Positions 1 to 10,999 of a stretch of DNA of 64,000 nt are shown one piece after another. The stretch lies in the NCBI GenBank assembly GCA_000708835.1, contig DF237066.1:126856-190855 (forward strand), written 5' to 3'. The notes below the pieces were generated by a model, which did not search any database, was not told the DNA's origin, and saw only the letters and a program-made list of their open reading frames with translations. Each line of letters begins with the position of its first letter. The first letter of the stretch is position 1. Both the position numbers and the translations under genes were made by a program. Origin of the DNA: Klebsormidium nitens. Its lineage: Eukaryota; Plantae; Klebsormidiophyceae.

Positions 1-1855
1 TGCACATGAACATGCAACTTGTGTACTTGCATATATGCAAATAATAGCATATAGCTCTTGAGTCCCACCTTGCCATCACCAGCTTGATAATGGGAATTCA
101 GCCGTTCGGGTATGCGGCTACCATTGAACATGAGCAGCAAAGTGGCAACTTAGGGCAGTGTGGGCGACACTACAATATTTTGACTACTAAGCTTCTAATC
201 GTCAAAACGCCCACACAATACTGCGACACTGCTATATAACTAAACCACTAGCAGGATTCCTCGGCCACATGTTTCCTCGGCCAGTCTGCCAGTGTCCTCG
301 GCGCTTTCTTTCTTGTATACACATAACCAGCAAATGATCATCGGACGCAGTTTTGAGGCCCACGAAGTGACCATCACCACGTCGGATCCTTCTTGAAGTT
401 CGCCAACAAGAGTCACACGGTACACCGGCTGCTCCGCACTAGTAGTACCTGCTAGCTTAAATGTATCTTCGTATCTTCAAGTCCTCTTCGAGTAATAAAG
501 TTAGGTTCCACATAACACACATGATAACATAGATGCTCTGACTTATGTCTTGTGTGCCATAAACATGCCATAAAGGCAGCCAGAGGATGCAGCATGTGAC
601 TAAGAGCGATTGAATACACAAGCAGCTGGCTTACGCGCCGTCCAGGCGCCTAAGAGCCTAGCCATACAGCGACGATGGTCTCTTTTCGTACTCGCCGTAG
701 CCAAATTGGCCATAGGCTTCTCATGGCATACATGTATGAGTTGTGTGTGTCTTGATCTTAGAGCTGCTATATCTTGGGCTATGCTCGACTCTACCAGCTA
801 TGATCTAAGTACTATCGACTCGACATTGACGTGCAGGGCGTCGACCGGAATGCCGGGTGAGCGCTCCTCTTGCGGTCCTCGGACCAATGAGAACGCTTCA
901 AACAAGATTGAGAAGATAAGTATGGACCTGGTACAGGATTTCAGCTGGAGCCACAGTGTACAAAGCTGTACGCAAACAGGACGCAAACCGTAGATGAAAA
1001 GCTGGCCAGCCTGGCACTCTTGCACTCTTAGAGTCGGATCTTAGAGTAATCCGGTCACAAATTACCTACAAGGTTCAGTATCCTGATCAGGGCCCGGTGG
1101 CCCACACTAGGCCACGTCCTTCCACGTGGAAGACTCACCTTGGTCCCCAGCCCATGTCGAGTTCGCGACAGGCTCTGGATTACGGATGTGTACGAGCTGG
1201 GTCATGTCTTCATCATCATGACGTCAATACATACGTCCCCGACGTATGCGGCTGCCCGCCCGGAACTGGACTCTGTACGTGTAACTACGTACTACCTATC
1301 CTATGTTGCGTGCTGCTTGCGGAAAGTCAACGAGCCTTGCCGGAATCGTACTGAAGCGTACTTGTTTGCTGCAGAGCTACTAACTCACGGAGGCTCTTAC
1401 TGGTCCTTCCCACTCTTGTCAGAATCTAAACTCAGTAGTAGTCAGTACTAGTCAGTAGGTCGTACCGTCGCACCGGTGTGCGTTATCATACCCGGATCCA
1501 GCCGCGATTCCAGGGAGTCATAAACAAGCGCACTGTGCACTGTGCACACAGCTGCACGGGCCACTGTACATGTACACGATCCAGTGCTCACTCGGTCCAC
1601 TGGGTACATCAGTCTGAAATTAAAGTGAGGCGGAAAACCGCCGCCTTGAACACTGAAGTAATACTAGGTAGTGACTAGTACTAGGTAGTAGAGGCACTTT
1701 GCGAACAGATTAGGTAGTCGTATCCAAAAGCTGAGCGGTCGTTCAAAAGGTGCGGCACTAATTGAAGCTCCGGAGGGCTCCGCAAACTCCCCACAAGCCC
1801 CGTCGGTTTTGGGGCGCGCCCATTCGCAACTTGAATTTGAGAGCAGGCAAGAATA

Positions 1856-3295
1856 ATGGCGGCCTGGCCTTGGCAAGCTAAGCCCGGGATCCACCAAAAG
1901 CTGGCATGGTGCGCATGGCTGACCATCATGGCGTTCTTCGCCATTGCCTCGCTGGCGACGTTCTGGACCGCGGTAAGGCAGCGGGCGCGGCCGGTGAGGG
2001 TCACCTTCTTTGATCGCAAGGAGCAGCTCTACTTGCCTGACGTCCAAATCTGCCTTCTGGACGGCAATCGGGGAGAACCTGAAGGTGACCTCACTTCGCA
2101 GAATAGATTGAGTGAGGCGCTGCCGGGGGACTATGTGCTGGACGCCGTTGGCAGGGCCCGTTTATTGGCTGATAAGAAGCCACTGCCCCAAACATATAAC
2201 ATCACCATAAAGACATTGCTGGCGGGAGTAGGCGTCGACCCTGATGCTGATCCTAGCAACAAGACCGCTGAGCTTTATTATTCGAATTTTTGTGACCCAG
2301 ATGTCACCACCCGGGTTCGGAGCCGATTTGTGGAAACGGACGAAATTTGGGAAGACCATCGGGGCTTTGAGTATATGACCAAAGCAGATGAGAACCTTTG
2401 GGATCTCAGTCCGAATAAGACCATTCCCTACTTCTATAGCCTCCCCCGCGATAGCAACGACCTTCCAAGGAAATCCAAACTGGATTACACAAGCCAGGAA
2501 TTTGCAGTTGTCCTTTCACAGGCTTCACCGGACGAAAACCAGACGGGGTATTTATCTCCATTTGGAGTTCTGGAAGGAGACAACTCCAACCAAGGATCCA
2601 TTTCAGGGGTGGTCATTGGAGCATTTCCATATACTGCCTGTATGACATTCTTCGTGTCCCTATGCCCAAAACAGCGGCAAGACATTCTGTCACGGGCAGG
2701 TGCTCCTATTGTTCTCTCCTTGAACGGCACTGGCCCTAACTTCAAATATTTTGGGGTCTCCATTGGTCAGCACGACTATGGCGCTCCTCTTTATGCTGAC
2801 GGCCTTGACATTGTTTACCAGAAGGCAAATTTGAACTCAACCCTGAATTTGGTAGTCACCCCTCGTTACAACAAGCCTATCTTGAGCCTCTTCCAGTTGC
2901 TCAGAATCGAGAAGCTGCCAGTGTTCAGCTGGTATTCATACAGCCTGGGTTCGGTCCTACCGACTTCAAATCAGGGGCAGCCATCTAGGCCGGGAAACGA
3001 GACAATCAATTTCACTTTTACTCTCGAAATCTCGCTCTCAAGTAAAGGAGTCGAGCATGTAGTGGCGCAAGAACCCCTTTTCGGAGTCTTTGGCACCATT
3101 GGAGGTCTGTGGACCTATGTTCCCCTGCTCTTCGGTCTTCTCTATGCTGCCACGCCCAGTGAATTGCAGCCTACATGGGCCTGGGAGAAGGCAGCCTGTT
3201 TGGTCCCCTCCCGTTGCCGGAAGGTGCTTGGGAAAGCGAAGGAAGAAACAGACGTCGGGAAAGCGGAGGGCACACCAGGGCCGGAGAAGGTTTGA
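1856..3295 (+). CDS. Intronless 479-aa two-TM membrane protein with a large central loop; PAC(TMEM206)/DEG-ENaC-like topology (paralogue A)
   Basis: Long uninterrupted ORF. N-terminal hydrophobic helix (AWCAWLTIMAFFAIASLATFW) followed by RARPVRVTFFDRKEQLYLPDVQICL. C-terminal helix LFGVFGTIGGLWTYVPLLFGLLY. Many N-x-S/T sequons in the loop. Both ends align by eye with the ORF at 14633-15703. Confidence 0.75.
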   Translation: MAAWPWQAKPGIHQKLAWCAWLTIMAFFAIASLATFWTAVRQRARPVRVTFFDRKEQLYLPDVQICLLDGNRGEPEGDLTSQNRLSEALPGDYVLDAVGRARLLADKKPLPQTYNITIKTLLAGVGVDPDADPSNKTAELYYSNFCDPDVTTRVRSRFVETDEIWEDHRGFEYMTKADENLWDLSPNKTIPYFYSLPRDSNDLPRKSKLDYTSQEFAVVLSQASPDENQTGYLSPFGVLEGDNSNQGSISGVVIGAFPYTACMTFFVSLCPKQRQDILSRAGAPIVLSLNGTGPNFKYFGVSIGQHDYGAPLYADGLDIVYQKANLNSTLNLVVTPRYNKPILSLFQLLRIEKLPVFSWYSYSLGSVLPTSNQGQPSRPGNETINFTFTLEISLSSKGVEHVVAQEPLFGVFGTIGGLWTYVPLLFGLLYAATPSELQPTWAWEKAACLVPSRCRKVLGKAKEETDVGKAEGTPGPEKV

Positions 3296-4874
3296 AGCTT
3301 CGTTCTTGGGACCGGGTTTACATGTACTAAGGTGAGAAACCTGATTGATCTCCGGGATTTGGGAATTGTGAGATTGTGAGTCTGGAAGGTATCAAAGCTT
3401 TCCTTTGGCAGGTCCTGTGGCAGTTTGCTTGCAAAGCTCTTGGTTTTGGTAAAAGCAGGGACTTGGTGGTTGGTTCCTGCTGAAATTGCTGAGGTCAGGC
3501 ACAAGATTTCTTCTTTTGGGTTTAAAAGAGGGCTACGTATTTTAGGTCAGAAAGTGACATGTGAATGGGCAGTAGAAGTCGTAGCCGGCGCCGTCCACTT
3601 GATGATAGTAAGTCTTTAACTAAAAAGTCGTGTGCCTCGATCACATGCAAGATAAAGTGTCAAGCTTTTCTCCCTCTGTAGGGAAGACTGCGTTTCTCGT
3701 CAGCCTTATTTTCAAGAGCCTACCAGAATCTTCAAATGAAGACGTCAGGCCAAGAGTTCTGTCATCAAAAATAAGATCTGTAGATTTGACATCATTTCAA
3801 ACCCTTCTCGCTATTGATCGACGGCTTCGATGAGTCGTTTAGTTGACTCCCCACAAGCGAGTTGGTGCGTGTAAGATTTCGAGAGTGGGGACCAGAATCC
3901 AGCAGTGTGCCTTGGTTGGAAAGCTGAAACTGCAAACGAAAAGCAGGACCTATGAGTGAACGGCTTTTCTTGACGTACTAAGAATATCCCCCAGATTACC
4001 AACCACTTAACATCCTCTTTGCGGCAAAAGCTTGACTCTGAACACAGCTCAGCGACTCTCTTTGTCCTGCAGGGACCTGGATGTTTATCATGGAAGGAAA
4101 GAGCAGTCGTTGCGTCAAAAGTTGTACGATTTGGATATCGACCTAGTAGGGCCCAGACTTGATGGCACTTGCCGGGCTCCATTATGTACACCTAGTAGCT
4201 GAACAGAAGTACGTCTGGTATTTGGATTGCTATTAGCGTCAAAAATTCGTTTGGTAGGCCGAAGTGTAAGTTGCTCGGCCAGGATACAGTTCATGTAGAA
4301 AAGTCCAGACTTAATTTCTAGGTAGTATGTGTTGTATGTTCTCTTGAAAGAGGCGACAACTGTTCTTTTACCTTCTTCTGCGAGTTTCGAACAACTTTTA
4401 GAATGTCAGAATGGTTTGGCTTGTAGGACGACCTTTCTCACTAATGACCAACCGGTTGAAAAAGCACGTGGGCACACTAGCTTAATAGTCAGGGTGATAA
4501 GCTTTTAGAAAATCACAGGATTATGTAGCACGATTCGCTCTGTTTGCTAGGTGCCAGTGGCAATGCACGTGGTAGAATAGAACCGTCGTGTTAATAGATT
4601 GTACTAGTTGAAACCTACTAGTTTGATTTTACAAGGATACCTCCCTGCAAGACTTCCAATGTGATAAAACAATGTTTGCTAGCTAGCCTAATTTCACTTG
4701 CTGCCAGGCGGCACTCCACACGGCGGAGCTTCTTACGTTCTGCAACTTTCGGTCAATAATGGAGTTTCAGCTCATGTCGCATATGATCGCTGCAAAAGTT
4801 GTATATACTCAAATGACTTCACATGCTTGTTTGATTCATGCTTGCTGATGTCAGATAAGTGTCCGCTGAGACGA

Positions 4875-4935
4875 TTGAAACTCATGATTGTTCTGCTGTT
4901 AAAACTCGTGATTGTTCTGCTGTTAATAAGACCTT
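4875..4935. repeat. Short tandem repeat, 24-bp unit, about 2.5 copies
   Basis: aaactcatgattgttctgctgtt / aaaactcgtgattgttctgctgtt. Confidence 0.7.
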
Positions 4936-6142
4936 CAGATCTCCGGTCTCGTCTGCACGACCCACTTTTGTCGTTGCTGTCCATGACGTCACTGTTGGCG
5001 CCCACCAGTCTGTGTCGCCGAAAACGCCCATGCCGGCATAACCCGGACCCAGGCGTCTCGGCGACCGGCCAGCGACAGCCATGTTCGTTCTGGCTATCGT
5101 TGGCTGCCCTGAATCCATTTACGCTGTACGTCCCGTGCACTGGACTCTCCTTTGTCCTTTCCGAGGACGTCCAAGACAGTGCTGCATTGCCGAAAAATTG
5201 GAGCCCTAGTCCCACCTGATGCAAATTCGTGGGGTGGTACGAACAGAGCACGTCAAAGCTCTGACGCCCTCACATGGCTCTCGGTTTAGCGCATGAAGAT
5301 TTGCACTTCAGAAGGTTCTCTTTCCTGGAGCCAAGTTTTCCGAAACCGAGACTGGTGAGTAGGTGAAGGCCACAATGCTGTGCCGCTGACTGGACTCCCC
5401 GGACGTCATGCACACAGGAAGGTTTGGCCGCTATTCAGGTTCGATAACCAGACTTTAGTCTGGTTCTTTGACCAATAACCGCTTTATAGCCATGTTCATA
5501 ACCAAGTTACTGCTTGAGTCTGGTCATTGGACAATCAACCAGCTTCGAACCAGCCCGTAACCGACTATGGTTATTCGCCGAAAAACCCTGTGCCACTCGG
5601 TTTGCTGCTTGCATTCTTCCTTGGGCCGGTGGACAGGAGCAGGGCCGATGTATACCTGCCGCAATCATGAGGACTCAATCGAAGTCGCTGATAAGGACGA
5701 GACGCCGCACGCTCACCGCACATTGAGGTCGTCGACTGCAGGATGCAGTCACTTGGTTTGCAGAGCTGCATAAGAAGCCTGCCAGTGATCGCAGAACAGT
5801 AAGTGTTAGGCTCGCGTGAAAGCGTCACGTCCGCGCGGCCGGCTATTCAGGAACTGCGTTTTCCGGTTGCGCTTCGGGATAAAAGGTCGTTGACTTTTCG
5901 CAGCTTGCAGGGCGCAGCACTGCGGGTTACATACAGACCCGGGCCGGGACAGGATACGAGCAATCATGTGACGTATGCCTGGGCGTCGTGATGCAGTGGC
6001 TCAGTTAACCGCAATTGGCTTTACGTTTAGAGCAAAGTTCTTTCGTGTAGCTACTACTATGATAAGCTCCGCATAAGAAGAATGATGTTAACACTAAAAA
6101 CCTGAATCCAACATACACCTGCTGCTCCACACCCAGCTCGCC

Positions 6143-6336
6143 ATAACTCTCAAGAAAGATAATAATAAGCCACGATAATAATAAGCTCCGGCTAACACTG
6201 AAATCCGTAACCTTAAAAGATACCTGCTCCGCACCCGTACCCACCCTAACCACCAAGCTAACCCTACCCGTCTACCCGTCCCAGGGCTGTTACCTTATTA
6301 TTATCTCGGCTTACTATTATCTTTCTTGAGTTTCAT
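6143..6336. mobile_element. 194-bp MITE with ~40-bp TIRs and a 9-bp TSD (Mutator-like)
   Basis: Left ctcaagaaagataataataagccacgataataataag matches the reverse complement of the right end, ctcaagaaagataatagtaagccgagataataataag. Direct repeat CAGCTCGCC at 6134-6142 and 6337-6345. Confidence 0.7.
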
Positions 6337-9300
6337 CAGCTCGCCCCCTACCTATCACGAGCCGTCTCAGTAATACAATCTGAGCTGATCATAAATTGGA
6401 CATAGACCAGTCTATGGAGCGGGCAGGGACGATCCCCCCGGGTGGACCCCGCAGCAAATCAAGTTCTGCGACGGCCGGCAAAAGAGTGCCTTCGGCGCCC
6501 TCAGCCGGGTCGCCTTTACTATGGGGCACATTCGTGCGCCTGGTTTGGTGTGATCGTCGTGCTAAACACAAAGTGTTGACACAGGGCTTTTGAAAACCTG
6601 GCATTGTATTGATTGAATTAGAGCTCTTGTGCGGGAATACAAGTGACGGACAGGTGACTTTGAAGTGCAATGTCACGCGTGTTCGTGCACACTTCTTAGG
6701 TTCCGCCGTTGTAATTCGTAAGAAAATACGGTGCGAAGTCCAGACAGAGGACCATCCGACCATATTACGAAGCCGGTTCCCGCTGAGAGACGTACGAAGG
6801 CGCAGTGCCGAATACAGGCACCGTTACTCCGGGTCTACAGTGATTCATGTATTGCTCTGACTCTTTCCATACAGCGAATCCTTGTCCAGATAAGATCAGA
6901 ATTTGATCCAACCCGTCCCGAGCTGCTCGAGTCAGCGCTTTCAGTCTCTGTTCAAGGAGTACAACAAGAGGTATCCGGAGTCAAATGAGGAATTCTGCAA
7001 CGTAGCGAGTGAGGCCTCGGTCGGTGTGGATGCGACGTCCGCAAGTTCTCAAGCACTGAAACTGCCAGTGTTAAACGCCTTGCCTGAGACTTGGAATGAG
7101 CAGCGCTTCGGAAAAATGCTCACTTATGCTAATGCTCACAAGCGTCGCGCCAAATGCTTATCAAATGCGGGGATTCAGGTTAAGATTCCGTGAAGTTGAA
7201 CAACGTACGTACCCCGATGATTCCCGGCTGTTCTGAGACCGAGTGTTTGTGAATGGAGTGGGAACTGCTTCCTGGGTTCGAAGATTTCATGCTGCGCCCC
7301 GAAGCAGGATCTGGGTCGTCAAAGGTTGAGAATTCGGTTAGTAAAGAAGGTCGAGGACAAACGAAAACTGGTGGGGCGAGAAGAAACGGTGTCGAAAGCA
7401 TGTCGAGAGGTCGGAATAGAGGCTTACTTCAAAGCATGCGGTTTCGAAGAGGGAAAAAGATGGTCAGCCCCCCACGTCGACTCCCACGACGACTGAGCTC
7501 CGACTTTCATGAAAGGGTTAAAGCGCCCCCTCTTCACATCCTGTACTTTTCACGATTTTCACAATGCCGTTGTGAACCGTGATTCGTTTGGAGCAAGCGT
7601 CTCCTTGGGCGAAACTGTTTGCAAGGCCTTTCTTGGCGTCTGTATCGCCGGACTACTGCTTCCGTTCCACTTGTTCCGTTCCTTTCCGGTCGGACGCACC
7701 GACCGCAATTCCTAGGCGACAACGCACATCTCCTTAAGCAAGAGCGCCGCCGGGGCGACCTCTTCGGGCCGCCGCTTTTTGCAGAGCAAGGCGGCCTCGC
7801 TGAACGCTCATAGGAGCTTCAGCCACGTGGCAGGCTCAGGGCGCAGCCCCTGCCCTGCCCATGTGGCATTTGCTGTCGCCACTCAGACGGCCCGGTAGGC
7901 CAGGAGCGGGGTCTTTTCAATGCACCCCGTGAGAAGCCCTGCGCAGACGAGCCCCGCAGCCCTGCTGACGTCAGCATGACACTTCCTCAACGCTTCGGCC
8001 CCCCTTTTCCGTCACGACCCCACCTTTCTCGAGGCCGGGATCTCCATACATGATTTGACGCTGCATGACAACAGTTGCGGCGCAGACGGTTCAACTCCGA
8101 GCGATCCCCGGCACGCATCCTTTTTGCTTCCTGCCCAGCTCTCAGAGTTTCACGTGATTGCACTGAGTCTGCGGAATAGCTCAGTAGCCATTGTCAATTG
8201 CAGTCTGCTCTTGGGTTGACGCTGGCAAGCCATTCCGGCATCGTCTGCGGACCCTCCGGCCCTTCCGAATCGCGCTTTTCAGCTCCCCCTCTCCGGCTGG
8301 AGTTGGCGACTGTGTATCCAATCTCTACTTTAACCCTGCTGACGTCACATCCGCGCAACGAACCTCTGCGAGGCGCCCTTCTGCGGCAATTCAACTGCCA
8401 AGGCGGGCCTTTTCTCCATCAGATTGCACGCTGATTGCAACGGCGGTGCTGTTCCTGTGCGCTCCCTCGATATCTGGCCGTCCGCTGCTCTGTTGAAACG
8501 TCTGCAGCCGTCCGTTTTCTGAGAATCTCTTCTTTTGAGAATCCACAGACCGCTGACAGCATCAATTCGTAAGCACTTGGATCCGTTGAAACACTTTCAC
8601 AAGCCACTGCCGGTGCATGGGCTGCCGCTTTGACGATCGAAGGGCAGTGTGGCAGCGGCAGAGTGTATTCGGTCCGGCTGCAGAACAGAGGCGCTGTTTT
8701 AGACATGATGTACTAACCCATGGCTGCCTTGACATGGTTCAGATGGAGTTTTCAATTATTGATTGACACCGGACTTGGTGTTGTAAGTGAAAGTATGACG
8801 GTAGGGAAAGCAGCGCAGGCCTCCGCAACCGGAAAACGACATCTCTCTGGAGGAAGGATGTGTTGATGCTCAAATTTGCAGGTGCAGAGGCTCTCACGCA
8901 CGTCGGTCGTTCGACCAAAATGGTGGCAGCCAGCATTTAGTTTCTTCAAGATCAAAGCTACGGGTGATCTCGTAACTAACTTAGCCGCTTTCGTTTGATA
9001 TTTGACGGCTTCTGCCTTCGTATATCAACTCTTACACTCTCATCTGTGTCTCTGCTCAGTGTGCCTCTACCAACCGAGCTACGACTACGCCAAGTTCAAC
9101 ACAACTAAGAACTCGGGCAGGATCGAGACCCCGTCTTCCCAATGCTCAGCTTTTGAACCTACCTAGCGTCGCAAATTTTTTGCAGCACTAGTCATCCAAT
9201 TCATGATTCGGGTTCCCACTCCTTTGCTTCTCCTCCGACGCAGTCATTCTCGTCATCAACGACTTCGAGCCGGGTCTGCCGACCTGGTTTGGCGTAAGTA

Positions 9301-10999
9301 GCGTAATCTCTTATCAGCCCCTCTCTTCGATAAAATATTGCACCTGGAACTCTCATCCGAGCCCCTTTCCAACCGCCCCTTGTCCGTTGTGCAATAAAAC
9401 CAGGACTTGTGCACGGGGGCCCAACCGAGAAGGGCAGACTGATCCGCCAACTCTCTGTAACGGCTCGAACGCTCTCAAGCCGTCAAGTGGCACCACGGAC
9501 GTGGACAGCTTTAGCTTCAGCTCGACTTCCTCTCCAAGCAGACCCAGTGGACCCAGCCACGTGGCAGCGGCGGGAGTTGAACCGAGTCACCGGCTCCCGC
9601 TTGGAGGGCGACACCAACGCGCGTTGCCCTGGTAAGGGATCCCCCAGATGCCACGTGATATTCTCTTTGTGCAGGCGGAAATGTGTTGCTGAATCCGATG
9701 AGCGATCTGCGTTATTCTTCTTTTGGGCGGTCAGTGGGCATGTGTTGCTGACTCCTGAATCGAGAAGCGACCTGCTTTCGTTTTTCTTCTGGGCGGGTCT
9801 GGTACTTTGTTGCTGATTGCTGAATTCTATGAGCGGTGGGCGGTCGGCCGGTATGCCCGCTTGCACAATCGTCCCGCCAGCCGGCCAAAGAGTTGCATTG
9901 TGTTGTAACTGATAAGAACAAAGGGTTCTCGATCCGGGCATTTCTTTCGCACTTGCTTCTCACCGGCCTACGCTCTTTGCAAAGCGAATGTCAGCTCAAA
10001 AGCACTTCGAAGCTCACACGCGAAGCTGTTGAGCCCCTTGTGACGGGCTAATCTGAAAGACCTGGCTCCGAAAAACCTACCAATTGGAATTAGTGACTCG
10101 AGCAACTTGTGGCGGGCAGACAACTCACCCGCGTCGTACTGGGAGCTTTTTCTTTCTGGCACGCCCGGCACGAACTCCTCTATACCCGCTGCGCCCGCCC
10201 TCCGCGGCCGTTCCACACCCCCAAAACCCCCGATCCGCCACCGGTCTTCAAAACTCTCCCTCTTTAGCAGCACTCCCGGCGCCCTCTTCTTCGGCCCTCG
10301 CTCTAGTTTTGCGCCGGGCGACCGCGGACTGGGACGGGGCATCCTGTCGCAGCTGCTTCTCGGGCCGATTCGAGAGGTGCTGTAAACCGCCCGGTGACTT
10401 TGGCAGCGGCAAGGCCTCCCCCTAGAGCTGCTTCCCGGGCCGTGGGGAGAGGCCCTGTAACGGGGCGGGTAAAATATGGCTTCCGGCGATTACTGAGGCC
10501 TTGGAGCGGGGAGTGGTGCTTGGGGTGGGGATGCGCGAAGGGCTGTTCTCAGGTCGGGGTTGAGAGCAGGAGAACCGGGGTTTGGTGGTTCACCTGAAGA
10601 GGGATAGAACTCCGACAGACTAGGTATAGTTACAGATTAGATATGTCACGCTGGACGGGTGACGTATTTTGGGAATTTCTGGTAAGCGGGTGGGGAGCAT
10701 ATGGATTTTTAAGGGTCAGGTTTTCATACTTAGGGTAGGAGCTCACTGTCTCCAGAGCTTGCGATCTCTTAAGTGTAGGAAACATGAAACAGGAGACAGC
10801 GGTTCAACTCCAGCCTCACTGAACGGATGGAGAGATAACATGGACTTTCGGCGAGCCCTCTTGGCTAGAAGCCTAGAGAACCGACGGCTAACTCTGACGG
10901 AGAGACCGTTTAATTCAGACCGTCGTTTTGAAGGGTCAGATTTGAGGGGGGTCATCGAAATTGATCGGAAGGGTTCCACCTTCTCCTTCCAGCCCTTCT

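Noticed and set aside
1440-1700. CTAG/GTAC-rich stretch as a Helitron end, with ACTAGGTAG shared with the region upstream of paralogue B (~16145)
   Set aside because: No subterminal hairpin or A/T insertion site identified, and the motif is short and also occurs at ~55750.
5440-5577. Small foldback with the palindrome AACCAGACT-TT-AGTCTGGTT
   Set aside because: The inverted ends are short and imperfect and there is no TSD, which is too weak to call a MITE.
7740-7870. GC-rich hairpin-forming segment as a tRNA, SINE or ncRNA
   Set aside because: No cloverleaf, T-loop (GTTCRA) or A/B boxes seen.
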